Counted from the stretch's first letter, positions 1-10,012 are shown. The stretch is 64,000 nt of DNA from Candidatus Eiseniibacteriota bacterium (GCA_041483195.1 JBGPFC010000007.1:70943-134942); one strand, 5' to 3'. Notes: a model not told the origin generated them from the sequence alone. Made by a program: numbers and translations.

Positions 1-1222
1 GATCCATCAGAACGTCACCACCCGCGATCACATGCTCACCCTCAAGGTGGCGACCGGCAAGCGCCAGGGCGTGGCCTCCACCCACCGGCTCGATTCGACA
101 GCGCTTCGGCAGCTCGCCGATCGTGCGCTCGCGATGGCGCGGCTCTCCCCCGAGGACCCCGATCTGCCGGAGCCCGCGCCCCCCGCCGAGTACACGACCC
201 TTCCCGGCTACGTCGCGGAAACCGCGGCCTCGACGCCCGAATCGCGAGCGGATGCCGTGGAGCGGGTCACCCGTGCGGCAGCGGGGCGCGGCCTCAACGC
301 GGCCGGCGCGCTCAGCACCTCGGCATCCGCGCTCGCGGTCGCGAACTCGCGCGGGCTGTTCGCGTACCAGCCCGAGACCTACGCGAACTTCACGTGCACC
401 GTGCGCTCCGACACCTCGAGCGGCTGGGTGGATCGCCACCGCCGCGACGTGCGCGCCCTCGACGTCGAGGCCCAGGGCGCGATCGCGATCGAGAAGGCGG
501 AGCGCTCGCGCGCGCCGCAGCCGATCGATCCCGGGCGCTACACGGTCGTGCTCGAACCCAACGCGGTCGCGGAGCTGGTGGCGTTTCTCGCGTCGCTCGG
601 GCTCGGGGCGCAGGCCGAGATCGAAGGCCGCTCGTTCATGGGCGGGCGCATGGGCGAGCGCATCACCGGCGAACGCGCGACGCTGGTCGACGACGCGTCC
701 GATCCCCGCGCGTTCGGCCGTCCGTTCGACGTCGAGGGCACGCCGCGCCAGCGCGTTTCGCTCATCGAGCGCGGGATCGCGCGCGGGGTCGTGCACGACC
801 GGCGCACCGCCCGCAAGCTCGGGGCTTCGAGCACCGGCCACGCCTGCCCCCCTCCCGCGACCGAGGGCCCGCTCCCCTTCAGCCTGGTGCTCGAATCGGG
901 TGAGGCGACGCTCGCCGATCTGATCGCGTCCACCGAGCGCGGGATCCTGGTCACGCGGTTCTGGTACAACCGCGTCGTGGATCCGCGCAAGACGCTCATC
1001 ACCGGGATGACGCGCGACGGCACCTTCCTGATCGAGGGGGGCCGGATCGCCCGCGGACTCCGCAATCTGCGCTTCAACGAGAGCGTGCTCGAGGTGCTCG
1101 CCCATGCCGAGGGGTTCGGCCGCGACGCCGAGCCAACGGTGTTCGACTACGTCGGGAACTGCGTGGTCGTCCCCGCGCTCAAGGTGGCGAACTTCCGCTT
1201 CACCGGGGTGAGTCCGTTCTAG
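1..1222 (+). CDS. TldD/PmbA family protein (5' end outside window)
   Basis: PGRYTVVLEP, FDVEG, STGHA, ITGMTRDGTFLIE, NLRFNES motifs; frame is open from the window start. Confidence 0.88.
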   Translation, partial: IHQNVTTRDHMLTLKVATGKRQGVASTHRLDSTALRQLADRALAMARLSPEDPDLPEPAPPAEYTTLPGYVAETAASTPESRADAVERVTRAAAGRGLNAAGALSTSASALAVANSRGLFAYQPETYANFTCTVRSDTSSGWVDRHRRDVRALDVEAQGAIAIEKAERSRAPQPIDPGRYTVVLEPNAVAELVAFLASLGLGAQAEIEGRSFMGGRMGERITGERATLVDDASDPRAFGRPFDVEGTPRQRVSLIERGIARGVVHDRRTARKLGASSTGHACPPPATEGPLPFSLVLESGEATLADLIASTERGILVTRFWYNRVVDPRKTLITGMTRDGTFLIEGGRIARGLRNLRFNESVLEVLAHAEGFGRDAEPTVFDYVGNCVVVPALKVANFRFTGVSPF

Positions 1223-1229
1223 GCGACCC

Positions 1230-2414
1230 GTGCTCCTGACCCCGCCGCCAATCGAGGAGGCCCGCCAGAGCGCGCTGCACGCGATCTGGACCTTCCCATC
1301 GATCCTGGCCAGCGCATTCGTGGTCGGCTGGGGCGCCGAGGCCGCTCAATTCTTCGTGTCGCAGGGGCTGGCGCTCGCCCTGCTCGCGTGGATCCAGGTG
1401 CTGCCGGAGTTCGCGGTCGAAGCGGTGATCGCGTGGCACCGCAATATTCCTCTGATGACCGCGAACTTCACCGGCGCGCTGCGACTGCTCACCGGCCTCG
1501 GGTGGCCGGTGATCTGGATCGTGTTCGCCGTCGCGCGCCGCCGCCGCGGAGAACGCGGCGCATGGGCGGCGATCGACCTCGACGAGGAGCACGCCGCCGA
1601 GATCGTGAGCCTCGTGCCCCCGCTCCTCTACTTCGCGTGGATCATCGTGAAGGGCACGCTCGACTGCTTCGACGCCGCGGTGCTGCTGGCGCTGTACGCC
1701 GGCTACCTCGTGATCCTCAACCGCATTCCGCCCAAGGAACACGAGGAGCTCGAGGACATCGCGGCGGTGCCGCGCGCGGTGATCGGCTTCGCGCCGCGGT
1801 GGCGCGCGCTGGCGATCGTGAGCATGTTCGCGGCCGGGGCGACGCTGCTCTACCTCACGGCCTCGCCATTCCTCACCAGCATGATCGGCCTCGCGAGCCT
1901 GCTCGGCGTCTCGCAGTTCGTCTTCGTGCAGTGGGTCGCGCCGTTTCTCTCGGAATTTCCGGAGTTCGTGACGACCTCGTACTGGGCGCGCAGCCGCGGC
2001 AAGGGCGGCATGGCGCTCATGAACATGGCGTCGTCGAACATCAACCAGTGGACGGTGCTCGCCGCCATGATCCCGATCGTCTACTCGATCTCGATCGGGC
2101 ACGCGACGGCGGTCCCGCTCGCGCAACATCGCGTCGAGCTGCTGCTCACGCTGCTGCAGGGCATCCTCGGGGTCGTGCTGCTCGCCAATTTCAACTTTCA
2201 GGCGTACGAGGCGCTCGGCCTGTTCACGCTCTGGTTCGCGCAGTTCATGGTTCCGGAGTGGCGCGAGGAGATCATCTGGGTCTACGCGGCGTGGATCGCG
2301 ATCGAGCTGCTCTCCACGCCCTTCCGGCGCGGACGCCTGCGGGCGTTCGGGGTGTTCCCCACGCTGTGGCACGTCGCGGCGCGGCGCGCGGCCGCCCGCG
2401 CCGGGCGCGGCTAG
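1230..2414 (+). CDS. Na+/Ca2+ exchanger (CaCA family) membrane protein
   Basis: About 10 TM segments; two alpha-repeat-like motifs (LPEFAV..ANFTGA and SEFPEF..NMASSNINQWT). Confidence 0.75.
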   Translation: MLLTPPPIEEARQSALHAIWTFPSILASAFVVGWGAEAAQFFVSQGLALALLAWIQVLPEFAVEAVIAWHRNIPLMTANFTGALRLLTGLGWPVIWIVFAVARRRRGERGAWAAIDLDEEHAAEIVSLVPPLLYFAWIIVKGTLDCFDAAVLLALYAGYLVILNRIPPKEHEELEDIAAVPRAVIGFAPRWRALAIVSMFAAGATLLYLTASPFLTSMIGLASLLGVSQFVFVQWVAPFLSEFPEFVTTSYWARSRGKGGMALMNMASSNINQWTVLAAMIPIVYSISIGHATAVPLAQHRVELLLTLLQGILGVVLLANFNFQAYEALGLFTLWFAQFMVPEWREEIIWVYAAWIAIELLSTPFRRGRLRAFGVFPTLWHVAARRAAARAGRG

Positions 2415-4144
2415 GGTTTCGGCCGCGAGGCGCGCACCGCGCGAATCTCCGGCACCCGCGGATCGTCCGGCCAGCGGCGCACGAAGGTGTCGGCCAGCGC
2501 GTCCGCGGCACCGAACTGCTCGCGCTCGGAGAGCGAGACCATGATCCCGTAGGCCGCTCCCGGCAGCGTATCGCCCAGCGCTCGCGCCCGGCGGAAGCTG
2601 CTTTCCGCCTCCGCCCAGCCTCCAGCGGCGAGTTGCATCTCGGCCTGCCGCATCAGCGCGGACTGGCCCCGCCCCCAGCGACGGAGGTGGCCGCGCTGGT
2701 CGAAGAGAAAGCACTCCGCGTCCCCGGCATCCGCGGGGATCGTCCTCGCGACCCCGCGGTAGACCGCCCCTGGCACGAACAGTCGAAGGGTCTCGCCCCC
2801 GCGCATCGCGCCTTCGAGCGGCATGTACGATCTGCGCGCTGCGAAGTCTTCGGCGCGGGTGGGCGCCCCGGTCGTCAGATCGAAGCGGCGCTCGGGCAGC
2901 GGGTTCACGAACACCACCCCGGTGCCGACCGGGAGCGCGGCCGCGCGCAGATCCGAGATCGCGTTGCGCAGCAGCATCGCCTCGCGCATGGTCCGATCCA
3001 CCGGCAGCGCATCGCGCGCGGCGCGTTCCCGCGTCGCGACGTTGCCGGCCTCGATCCACGCGAAGGCCGCGAGTGCCGCGAGCGCGATCGCGGCCCCGAG
3101 CCGGCGGGGCAGACGCTCGATCAGCCCGCGACCGGCCATCGCGATCGCGAGCGCCCCGCCCGCCCACGGCAGGTACAGGTAGTACAGGTACGTGTGGTAC
3201 GCGAGCGGCAGCACCGGAGCGATGAAGATCACCAGCCACAGCGCGCCGATTTCGGCACCGCATCGGCTCGCGCGGCGCCCGCGCCACATGGCGATCCCCA
3301 CGGCCACTGCGACCGGAAGGCCGACCCGCCACGCGTGAGGATCCATCGCGGCCATTGCGTCACGCACCGGATCGCGCAGGTCGACGCACCAGCGGAGATA
3401 GGTCGCCAGATTGAGCGCGAGGAATTCCGGCGCGAGCGTTCGTGCGTACGCCTCCGATCCCGCGAAGCGATGCGCGGCGCCCGCCGCGAAGAACCACAGC
3501 ACGAACAGCGCGGCGCCCGTGACCGACGGAACCAGCGCGCGCGCGGAAGGCTTCCAGATCCGCGAGCGCCACTCGAGCAGCGCGGCCAGCGCGACCCACG
3601 CGAGCGCGGCCTCCTTCGCCAGGGCGGCGACCAGCGCGAGCGCCGCCGCCCCCCACAACCCGGCGGCGCGGCCGGCGCGGCGCGCCTCGATGTGGAGCAG
3701 CGTCGCCGCCAGCACCAGCGAGGCCGATAGTAACTCGACGATCCCGGTCGCCCAGTGCAGCGGCGTGAAGGCGATCGACGAGACGCCGAACAGCAGCGCC
3801 GCGGCGCCCGCCTCGGCGCGACCGCCATCGAGCCGGCGCGCGATCGCGTAGAGCAGCGCGACCGCGATCAGGTGGAGTCCGAGATTGACTCCGTGATAGC
3901 CGAGCGGCGCGAGGCCGAAGCATGCGTACTCCGCACGAAACGCGAGGGTCTCGGACGCCGGGCGAAATTGCCAGACCGGGGGCACCAGGCCGGCCGCGCG
4001 CGAAAGAAACGTGACGTCATCCTGCGCGAACCAGGTCCCGGGCGCGCGCCGATAGGTCGCGATCGCGGCCAGCATGGGAATCCCCGCCGCGACCGCTTCG
4101 CGCCATCCGGTCCTCGTGACCGCTTCGCGTCGCGTGGTCGCCAC
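2411..4144 (-). CDS. GT-C-like (TMTC/PMT-like) polytopic membrane protein with C-terminal TPR-like helices
   Basis: QDD after TM1, FRP, PLGYHGVNLGLH, ALAKEAA, YLYLP motifs; helical C-terminus (AEAESSFRRARAL). Confidence 0.6.
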   Translation of the reverse strand: MATTRREAVTRTGWREAVAAGIPMLAAIATYRRAPGTWFAQDDVTFLSRAAGLVPPVWQFRPASETLAFRAEYACFGLAPLGYHGVNLGLHLIAVALLYAIARRLDGGRAEAGAAALLFGVSSIAFTPLHWATGIVELLSASLVLAATLLHIEARRAGRAAGLWGAAALALVAALAKEAALAWVALAALLEWRSRIWKPSARALVPSVTGAALFVLWFFAAGAAHRFAGSEAYARTLAPEFLALNLATYLRWCVDLRDPVRDAMAAMDPHAWRVGLPVAVAVGIAMWRGRRASRCGAEIGALWLVIFIAPVLPLAYHTYLYYLYLPWAGGALAIAMAGRGLIERLPRRLGAAIALAALAAFAWIEAGNVATRERAARDALPVDRTMREAMLLRNAISDLRAAALPVGTGVVFVNPLPERRFDLTTGAPTRAEDFAARRSYMPLEGAMRGGETLRLFVPGAVYRGVARTIPADAGDAECFLFDQRGHLRRWGRGQSALMRQAEMQLAAGGWAEAESSFRRARALGDTLPGAAYGIMVSLSEREQFGAADALADTFVRRWPDDPRVPEIRAVRASRPKP

Positions 4145-4148
4145 CGCG

Positions 4149-5738
4149 TCAGCGCGCGGACCATCGGTCGCGCATCGCGCGCGCCAGATCGCTCACGGCG
4201 GAGAGTTCTTCGACCCGCAGCCATCGCATCGCCGCGAACATCAGGACGATCGCGATCGCGAAACCGCCGCCGACGATCCCGAGCTCACGGGTCCAGCCCC
4301 CGTGCCATCGTTCCCCCAGCCAGAGCAGCGCGAACGCGCAGGGCGCGAGCCCGATCGCGGTGGCCGCGAGCACCCGCGTCAGGGTGCGCAGCATGCGCCG
4401 GCCCTCGAGCGGGCCGAGCCGGCGGCGCAGGTAGAAGCTCAGCTGGGCGAAATTCGCGATCGCGGTCACCGAGGCGCTCAGCGCGAGCCCGTGGTGGCCG
4501 AGCGGCCGCATCAGGAGCAGGTTGAGCCCCAGGTTGAGCGCGACCGAAACGAAGCTCGCCTGCACCGGCTTGCGCGTGTCGCCCAGCGCGTAGAACGTGC
4601 GCGACATCACGCCGATCGCGGCGAATGCCGGGAGCCCGATGCAATACATCACCAGCGCGCCTGCGGTGCGCTCGGTGTCGAGCGCGTGAAAGCGCCCGTG
4701 CTCGTAGAGCAGCGCGATCACCGGGCGGCTCATGACCGCGAGCCAGAGCGCGGCGGGGACGGTGAGCAGCAGCACCAGCCGCAGCGTGGCGGAGAGCGTC
4801 GTCTTGAGCCCCGCCATGTCGTTCGCGACCGCGGCCCGCGACAGCGCGGGCAGGCTCACCGTCGCGAGCGCCACGCCGAACACGCCGATCGGGAGCTGCA
4901 TGATGCGGAACGCGTACCACAGCCACGACACGCTCCCCTGCTGCAGGAGGCTCGCGATCAGGGTGCTCACGAACAGGTTGAACTGGGTCGCGGCCAGCCC
5001 CACCGTGGCGGGCAACATCAGCCGCGCGACGCGCCCCACCCCGGGGTGCGCGCCCGGGCGCGCGAATCCGAAGTGGAATCCCTGCCGGCCCAGCGACGGC
5101 AGCTGCACCACGAACTGGAGCACCCCGCCGATCACCACCCCGATCGCCATGGCCAGGATCGCGGGCTGTCCGGCCCGCTCGCACACCGGGATCAGCGCGA
5201 CGCCGAACACCACCATGCCGAGGTTGAGCAGGGTGGGCGCGAGCGCCGGGACGCCGAACACGCCTCGCGCGTTGAGCATTCCCATCGCCGCCGCGGCGAG
5301 CGCCACCGCCGGGAGAAACGGGAGCATCACGCGCGTGAGCAGGACCGTCAGGTCCAGCTTGCCCGGGATCGACGCGAATCCCGGGGCGAACCACCGCACC
5401 AGCAGCGGCGCCGCGACGTAGCCGGCCGCGCACAGCGCGAGCAGCACGACCAGCAGCGTCGTCATGAGGTGCCGCCCGAACGTCCAGGCCTCGGCCTCGC
5501 CGCGTTTCTCCAGGACCTCGGTGAAGGTGGGCACGAACGCCGACGACATCGCGCCTTCCGCGAACAGGTCGCGCAGCAGATTGGGAATGCGGAACGCCAC
5601 GTTGAAGGCGTCGGTCGCGAGCCCCGCCCCGAACAGCGTGGCCATGACCTGTTCACGAACCAGCCCCAGCACGCGCGAGAGCAGCGTGGCGATCCCGACC
5701 TTGCCGGCCTTGCGGGCGACCCGCCCTTCCTCACTCAT
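4149..5738 (-). CDS. murJ: Lipid II flippase MurJ (MviN)
   Basis: LSRVLGLVRE, AFRIPNLLRDLFAEGA, RIMQLPIGVFG, FYALGDTRKP; ATG at 5738. Confidence 0.95.
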   Translation of the reverse strand: MSEEGRVARKAGKVGIATLLSRVLGLVREQVMATLFGAGLATDAFNVAFRIPNLLRDLFAEGAMSSAFVPTFTEVLEKRGEAEAWTFGRHLMTTLLVVLLALCAAGYVAAPLLVRWFAPGFASIPGKLDLTVLLTRVMLPFLPAVALAAAAMGMLNARGVFGVPALAPTLLNLGMVVFGVALIPVCERAGQPAILAMAIGVVIGGVLQFVVQLPSLGRQGFHFGFARPGAHPGVGRVARLMLPATVGLAATQFNLFVSTLIASLLQQGSVSWLWYAFRIMQLPIGVFGVALATVSLPALSRAAVANDMAGLKTTLSATLRLVLLLTVPAALWLAVMSRPVIALLYEHGRFHALDTERTAGALVMYCIGLPAFAAIGVMSRTFYALGDTRKPVQASFVSVALNLGLNLLLMRPLGHHGLALSASVTAIANFAQLSFYLRRRLGPLEGRRMLRTLTRVLAATAIGLAPCAFALLWLGERWHGGWTRELGIVGGGFAIAIVLMFAAMRWLRVEELSAVSDLARAMRDRWSAR

Positions 5739-5813
5739 CGCGCGGCGCACCTGCTCGAGCCGAGAGCGTCGCGCGCTGGTGGGGCGACGGGCCGCGTGCT
5801 AGCGTGCCGCGCC

Positions 5814-6605
5814 ATGTCGCCCTTCCAGGCCCTGGTGCTCGGTGCGATTCAGGGTGTCTCCGAGTTCCTCCCGATCTCGAGCAGCGCGCATCTGTACGTC
5901 GTGCCGGCCCTGCTCCACTGGGCTCCCCACGGTCTCGCGTTCGACGTCGCGCTGCACTGGGGAACGCTCGTAGCGCTGCTGGTCTGCTTCTGGCGGGACT
6001 GGTGGGAGCTGACCCGCGACGCGCTGGTGGGCTATGGCACGGCGCGCGCGCATGCCTGGTCGGTCTGGGCGCGGCTCGCCGCGGCCTCCGTCCCGGGCGC
6101 GATCGCCGGCGTGCTGCTCGATCCGTACGAGGACACGATGCTCCGTCACCTGCCGCTCCAGGCGGCGCTGCTCGCGCTGTTCGGGTTCCTGCTGTGGTGG
6201 GTGGATCGGGTGCGCCCCGCCGGGCGCGACGCGCGGATTCCGGGCTGGGGGGCCTGCATGGCGATCGGCGCGGCGCAGTCGTTCGCGCTGGTCCCCGGGG
6301 TCTCCCGTTCCGGGATCACGATCACCACCGGTCGCGCGGTCGGCCTCACGCGCGTCTCCGCTGCGCGCTTCTCGTTCCTGCTGGCCACCCCGATCACGCT
6401 CGGGGCCGGCCTGCTCAAGCTGCGGCACTTCACGGCGGACGCCTCCGCCTCGACCCTCGCGATCGGAGTGATCGCGGCGGCACTGGTCGGCATCGTGGCG
6501 ATCCAGGGGCTCATTCGATTCCTCGCCCGCGCGGGATTCGGCGTGTTCTTCGGCTACCGGGTGCTGCTCGCAGGGCTGATCCTGTGGCGGGTCCTGGCAC
6601 GCTAG
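5814..6605 (+). CDS. uppP: Undecaprenyl-diphosphate phosphatase
   Basis: QGVSEFLPISSSAHL, PGVSRSGITI, AARFSFLLATP; real start is the ATG at 5814 inside ORF 4074..6605. Confidence 0.95.
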   Translation: MSPFQALVLGAIQGVSEFLPISSSAHLYVVPALLHWAPHGLAFDVALHWGTLVALLVCFWRDWWELTRDALVGYGTARAHAWSVWARLAAASVPGAIAGVLLDPYEDTMLRHLPLQAALLALFGFLLWWVDRVRPAGRDARIPGWGACMAIGAAQSFALVPGVSRSGITITTGRAVGLTRVSAARFSFLLATPITLGAGLLKLRHFTADASASTLAIGVIAAALVGIVAIQGLIRFLARAGFGVFFGYRVLLAGLILWRVLAR

Positions 6606-6620
6606 CGGCGCGGGGACTCG

Positions 6621-7235
6621 TCAGCGCCCGCGATCGCGGCGCGTGAGGCGATCGTTGAAATATCGATTGAGCCGGTCGCGCAGCTGGATGCGCGCGCGAT
6701 GCAGGCGCGACTTCACCGCCGCCACCGAGACCTCGAGGATGTCGGCCACCTCGGAGTTCGAGAGCCCCTGCTCGTCGCGCATCACGAACACCGTGCGCAA
6801 TTCCTCGGGAAGCAGCGCCTTGCCCTCCTCCATGACCTCGCGCGTCTCGGCGTCGAGCAGTTCCTCGGGCGGCTGCTTGGACCAGTCCTGCAGCTGGAGG
6901 GTTTCCGCGTCGGCGTTCGCGCTCTGCGACTGCTCGAACGAGACGTGATTCGCGCGGCGCTTGCGGTACTTCATGAGGCTGGCGTTGGTGGTGATCCGGT
7001 ACAGCCATGTCGAAAACGTCGACTCGGCCTTGAAGTTCCTGAGCCCGCGAAACGCGGAGAGAAACGCGTCCTGCTGCGCCTCGGAGGCGTCGTCCTCGTT
7101 GCGCAGGATCTTGAACGAGAGCCGGTACACCCGGTCGCGGTAGCGCCGCACCAGCTCGTCGAATCCGCGCGTGTCGCCGTCCTGCGCGAAGCGCACCAGG
7201 ACCTCGTCGGTCTGGGCGTGATAGTCGGTCGTCAA
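6621..7235 (-). CDS. ECF-type RNA polymerase sigma-70 factor
   Basis: DASEAQQDAFL, FSTWLYRITTN, LSNSEVADIL..VKSRLHRAR; TTG start with GGGAGGA SD, overlapping the upstream stop (TTGA). Confidence 0.9.
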   Translation of the reverse strand: MTTDYHAQTDEVLVRFAQDGDTRGFDELVRRYRDRVYRLSFKILRNEDDASEAQQDAFLSAFRGLRNFKAESTFSTWLYRITTNASLMKYRKRRANHVSFEQSQSANADAETLQLQDWSKQPPEELLDAETREVMEEGKALLPEELRTVFVMRDEQGLSNSEVADILEVSVAAVKSRLHRARIQLRDRLNRYFNDRLTRRDRGR

Positions 7236-8893
7236 GCTCGTCCTCCCGGCCCCACCGGATGGGCCGTTGGTTCGGAACGCGGAATCGGAGGCGCCGCGGC
7301 ATCGGGCGCGGGGCCACGGAACACTACCTCGCCCGCCGAGATCGTCACCGCTGCGTGCACGCGAGCCAGCGCCTCCGGGGCGAGCGCGTGGAGGTCGGCG
7401 TTCCATAGCACGAGATCCGCGTGGCAGCCGGCGGCGATCCGCCCCAGGCGCGGCCACTGTCCCGCGAGCCGCGCCGGACTCGATGTGCAGGACGTGAGCG
7501 CGGCGTCGAGCGTAACGCGCTGCGCGGGGACGAAGCCCCCGGCCGGGGTGCCGTCCGCGCGCTGGCGGGTCACCGCCGCGTGCAGCGCGAGCCCCGGATT
7601 CGGCGGCTCGACGGGCGCGTCCGAGCCGAAGGCGACCCACGCGCCGCTCGCCACCAGGCTGCCGTAGGGATAGGCGCCGTCGCGCCGGGTGCGCCACCAG
7701 CGCTCGACCAGCTCGATGTCCGAGACGCAGTGCGTGGGCTGGACGCTGGCCGCGACGCCGAGCCGCCGCAGGCGCGGCAGATCGTCATGATGCACCAGCT
7801 GGAGGTGCTCGATGCGAGAGGGCAGGCGCGGCCGGCGCAGGGCCTCCGCCGCGGCCTCGAACGCGTCGAGCGCCGCGCGCGCAGCCCGGTCGCCGATCGC
7901 GTGGATCGCGACCGCGAGCCCCGCGCGCAAGGCGCGTCCGACCTCGACCCGCAACACCTCCGGGGCGATCAGGTCCATGCCGCGCCGATCGGTTCCATCG
8001 TATGGCTCGAGCATCGATGCGGTGCGCGAACCCAGCGTGCCGTCCGCGAAGAGTTTCACGGCGCCCAGCCGGAATCCATCATCCCCCAGGCCGCTCTCGA
8101 GACCGAGCGCGAGCGCGGCATCGAGCCCGGAGTGCGGGAGGTGCATGAGCACTCGCACCCGCGGCGCGGCGCCGTCGCTCATCGCCCGCAGCAGCCGCTG
8201 CGCGTCGGCGCCCTCGAAGTCGTGCACGGCCGTGATGCCGGCCCTGTGCAACAGCGCGACCGCGCGTCCCAGCGCCGCGCGGTCGGCGTCGGCCTCGTGG
8301 ACCTCGAACGCAGAGAAGGCGCGAACCGCTTGCTCGCGGACGACGCCGGTCGGCTCGCCGGCCGCATCGCGCTCGAAGCGGCCGCCCGGCGGGTCGGGCG
8401 TGCCTCGATGGACGCCGGCCCCGGCGAGCGCCGCTCCGTTGACCCAGAGCGCGTGGAAATCCCGGCTGTGGAGCAGGACCGGCCGCGCCGCGCAGATCAC
8501 GTCGAGCACGGCGCGATCGGGCGGCTCGCTCCACGCGTTGGAGTCCCACCCGCGGCCGATCACGGCACCGGCGCCGCCCCGCGTGCCGAGGAATCGCCGC
8601 AACCGCCCGCCGGCTTCGGCCGCCGAGACACAACCCTCGAGCGACAGCTCATCCAGCGAGCGCGCCCACTGCACCAGGTGAATGTGCGAGTCGGTGAAAC
8701 CCGGCGTGAGCGTGGCGCCGGCCGCATCGAGCAGCTCGGTGCCCGGGCCGATCAACGGCGCCAGGTCGCGCGCGGGCCCCACGGCGAGGATCTCGGCGCC
8801 CCGGATCGCGACCGCGTCCGCGTTCTCGACCCTGGCCCCATCCGACCAGAGGCGCGCTCCGCGCACCATTCGGTCGGCTTTCCCCTGCATCAT
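7232..8893 (-). CDS. Amidohydrolase 3 family (YtcJ-like) metallohydrolase
   Basis: PGFTDSHIH, KLFADGTLGSRTA, HAIGDRA, RIEH, FGSDAPV. Confidence 0.9.
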   Translation of the reverse strand: MMQGKADRMVRGARLWSDGARVENADAVAIRGAEILAVGPARDLAPLIGPGTELLDAAGATLTPGFTDSHIHLVQWARSLDELSLEGCVSAAEAGGRLRRFLGTRGGAGAVIGRGWDSNAWSEPPDRAVLDVICAARPVLLHSRDFHALWVNGAALAGAGVHRGTPDPPGGRFERDAAGEPTGVVREQAVRAFSAFEVHEADADRAALGRAVALLHRAGITAVHDFEGADAQRLLRAMSDGAAPRVRVLMHLPHSGLDAALALGLESGLGDDGFRLGAVKLFADGTLGSRTASMLEPYDGTDRRGMDLIAPEVLRVEVGRALRAGLAVAIHAIGDRAARAALDAFEAAAEALRRPRLPSRIEHLQLVHHDDLPRLRRLGVAASVQPTHCVSDIELVERWWRTRRDGAYPYGSLVASGAWVAFGSDAPVEPPNPGLALHAAVTRQRADGTPAGGFVPAQRVTLDAALTSCTSSPARLAGQWPRLGRIAAGCHADLVLWNADLHALAPEALARVHAAVTISAGEVVFRGPAPDAAAPPIPRSEPTAHPVGPGGRA

Positions 8894-9684
8894 TCGGCGG
8901 CCTCCACTCGATTCTCGAGCACCCCGATGCCCTCGATCTCGACCTCGATGCGATCACCGACCTCGACCGGCGCGATTCCCGCCGGCGTTCCGGTCGCGAT
9001 GACGTCACCGGGCTCGAGCGTCATGATGCGCGAGACGTACGCGATCAGCGCCGGGATCGAGAACAGCAGCTCGGAGGTGTTGCCGTGCTGACGCCGCTCG
9101 CCGTTCACGCGGCACTCCAGCTCGAGGCCGGACGCCTCGAGACCCACCGCCACCCATGGCCCGAGAGGCGCAAACGTATCGAAGCCCTTCGCCCTTGTCC
9201 ATTGGCCGTCCTGCCGCTGGTAGTTGCGCGCGCTCACGTCGTTGAAGCAGGTGAGTCCCGCGATGTGCCCACGCGCATCTTCGGCACGCACGGCCCTCGC
9301 GCGTCGTCCGATGACGACGGCGAGCTCGGCCTCGGGATCGAGCCGCGTGACCCCCGGCGGATAGCGGATCGCCTCGCCGGTCGCGATGATCGCGCTCGGC
9401 GGCTTCAGGAAGATCAGCGGCTCGTCGCGGTCCGGAGCGCCCGGCACCACGCTCTGGCTTTCCGCGATGTGCGCACGGTAGTTGAGCCCGACGCAGACGA
9501 TCTTGCTCGGCACGACCGGCGGCAGCAGGCGGGCGATCTCCAGCGCGTCGTGCTCGCCGCTCTCGCGCCCTCCCGCCCAGGGCGGGGCATCCAGCCGGGT
9601 GAAATGATCGGCGTCGCGCCGGCCCACGTGGATGCGGCCCGCGATTTCGTAGCGAGCGATGAACTGAGTCGAGGGATGAGGCAT
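8890..9684 (-). CDS. Fumarylacetoacetate hydrolase family protein
   Basis: KIVCVGLNYRAH, FLKPPS, EAELAVVIG, NDVSAR, TLEPGDVIATGTPAG. Confidence 0.93.
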   Translation of the reverse strand: MPHPSTQFIARYEIAGRIHVGRRDADHFTRLDAPPWAGGRESGEHDALEIARLLPPVVPSKIVCVGLNYRAHIAESQSVVPGAPDRDEPLIFLKPPSAIIATGEAIRYPPGVTRLDPEAELAVVIGRRARAVRAEDARGHIAGLTCFNDVSARNYQRQDGQWTRAKGFDTFAPLGPWVAVGLEASGLELECRVNGERRQHGNTSELLFSIPALIAYVSRIMTLEPGDVIATGTPAGIAPVEVGDRIEVEIEGIGVLENRVEAAE

Positions 9685-9710
9685 CGGGCGATTGCGGCTC
9701 GCGTGGCGGG

Positions 9711-9840
9711 AAAAAAGAGGAGGTCCCCATCACACCGTGAGGCGACCACCACGACACCCGAAACGATGGCACGTCCGCTTCGCTTTCAAGGTGCCGGCAG
9801 CGCTAGAGCACGGGTCGGACAGGGAACCTCGCTCCGCTGG
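9711..9840 (-). ncRNA. Putative structured ncRNA (6S-like rod or cis-regulatory leader)
   Basis: Nested stems GAGGUUCCC/GGGGACCUC, CCGUG/CACGG and GGCAC/GUGCC around a central bubble, followed by U6; upstream TTGACC-N18-GACACT. Confidence 0.5.
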
Positions 9841-9846
9841 TGGATC

Positions 9847-9876
9847 AGTGTCGAAGCGCGGACCCGCGCCGGTCAA
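9847..9876 (-). promoter_or_regulatory. Putative sigma70 promoter of the ncRNA / FAH operon
   Basis: TTGACC (9876-9871)-N18-GACACT (9852-9847). Confidence 0.4.
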
Positions 9877-10012
9877 GGCAAAAATCGCGTTTTTCAGCCA
9901 TCGGCGCGCTCCGCGAGCCCGGGCGGGGCGGCTCGGCCGGCGCACCCCGTCGCCTTAGGACGGGCGGACGATCCTCGTCCGGGGGCCGAGGGCGGTCCGA
10001 CCCGGGCGCCGA

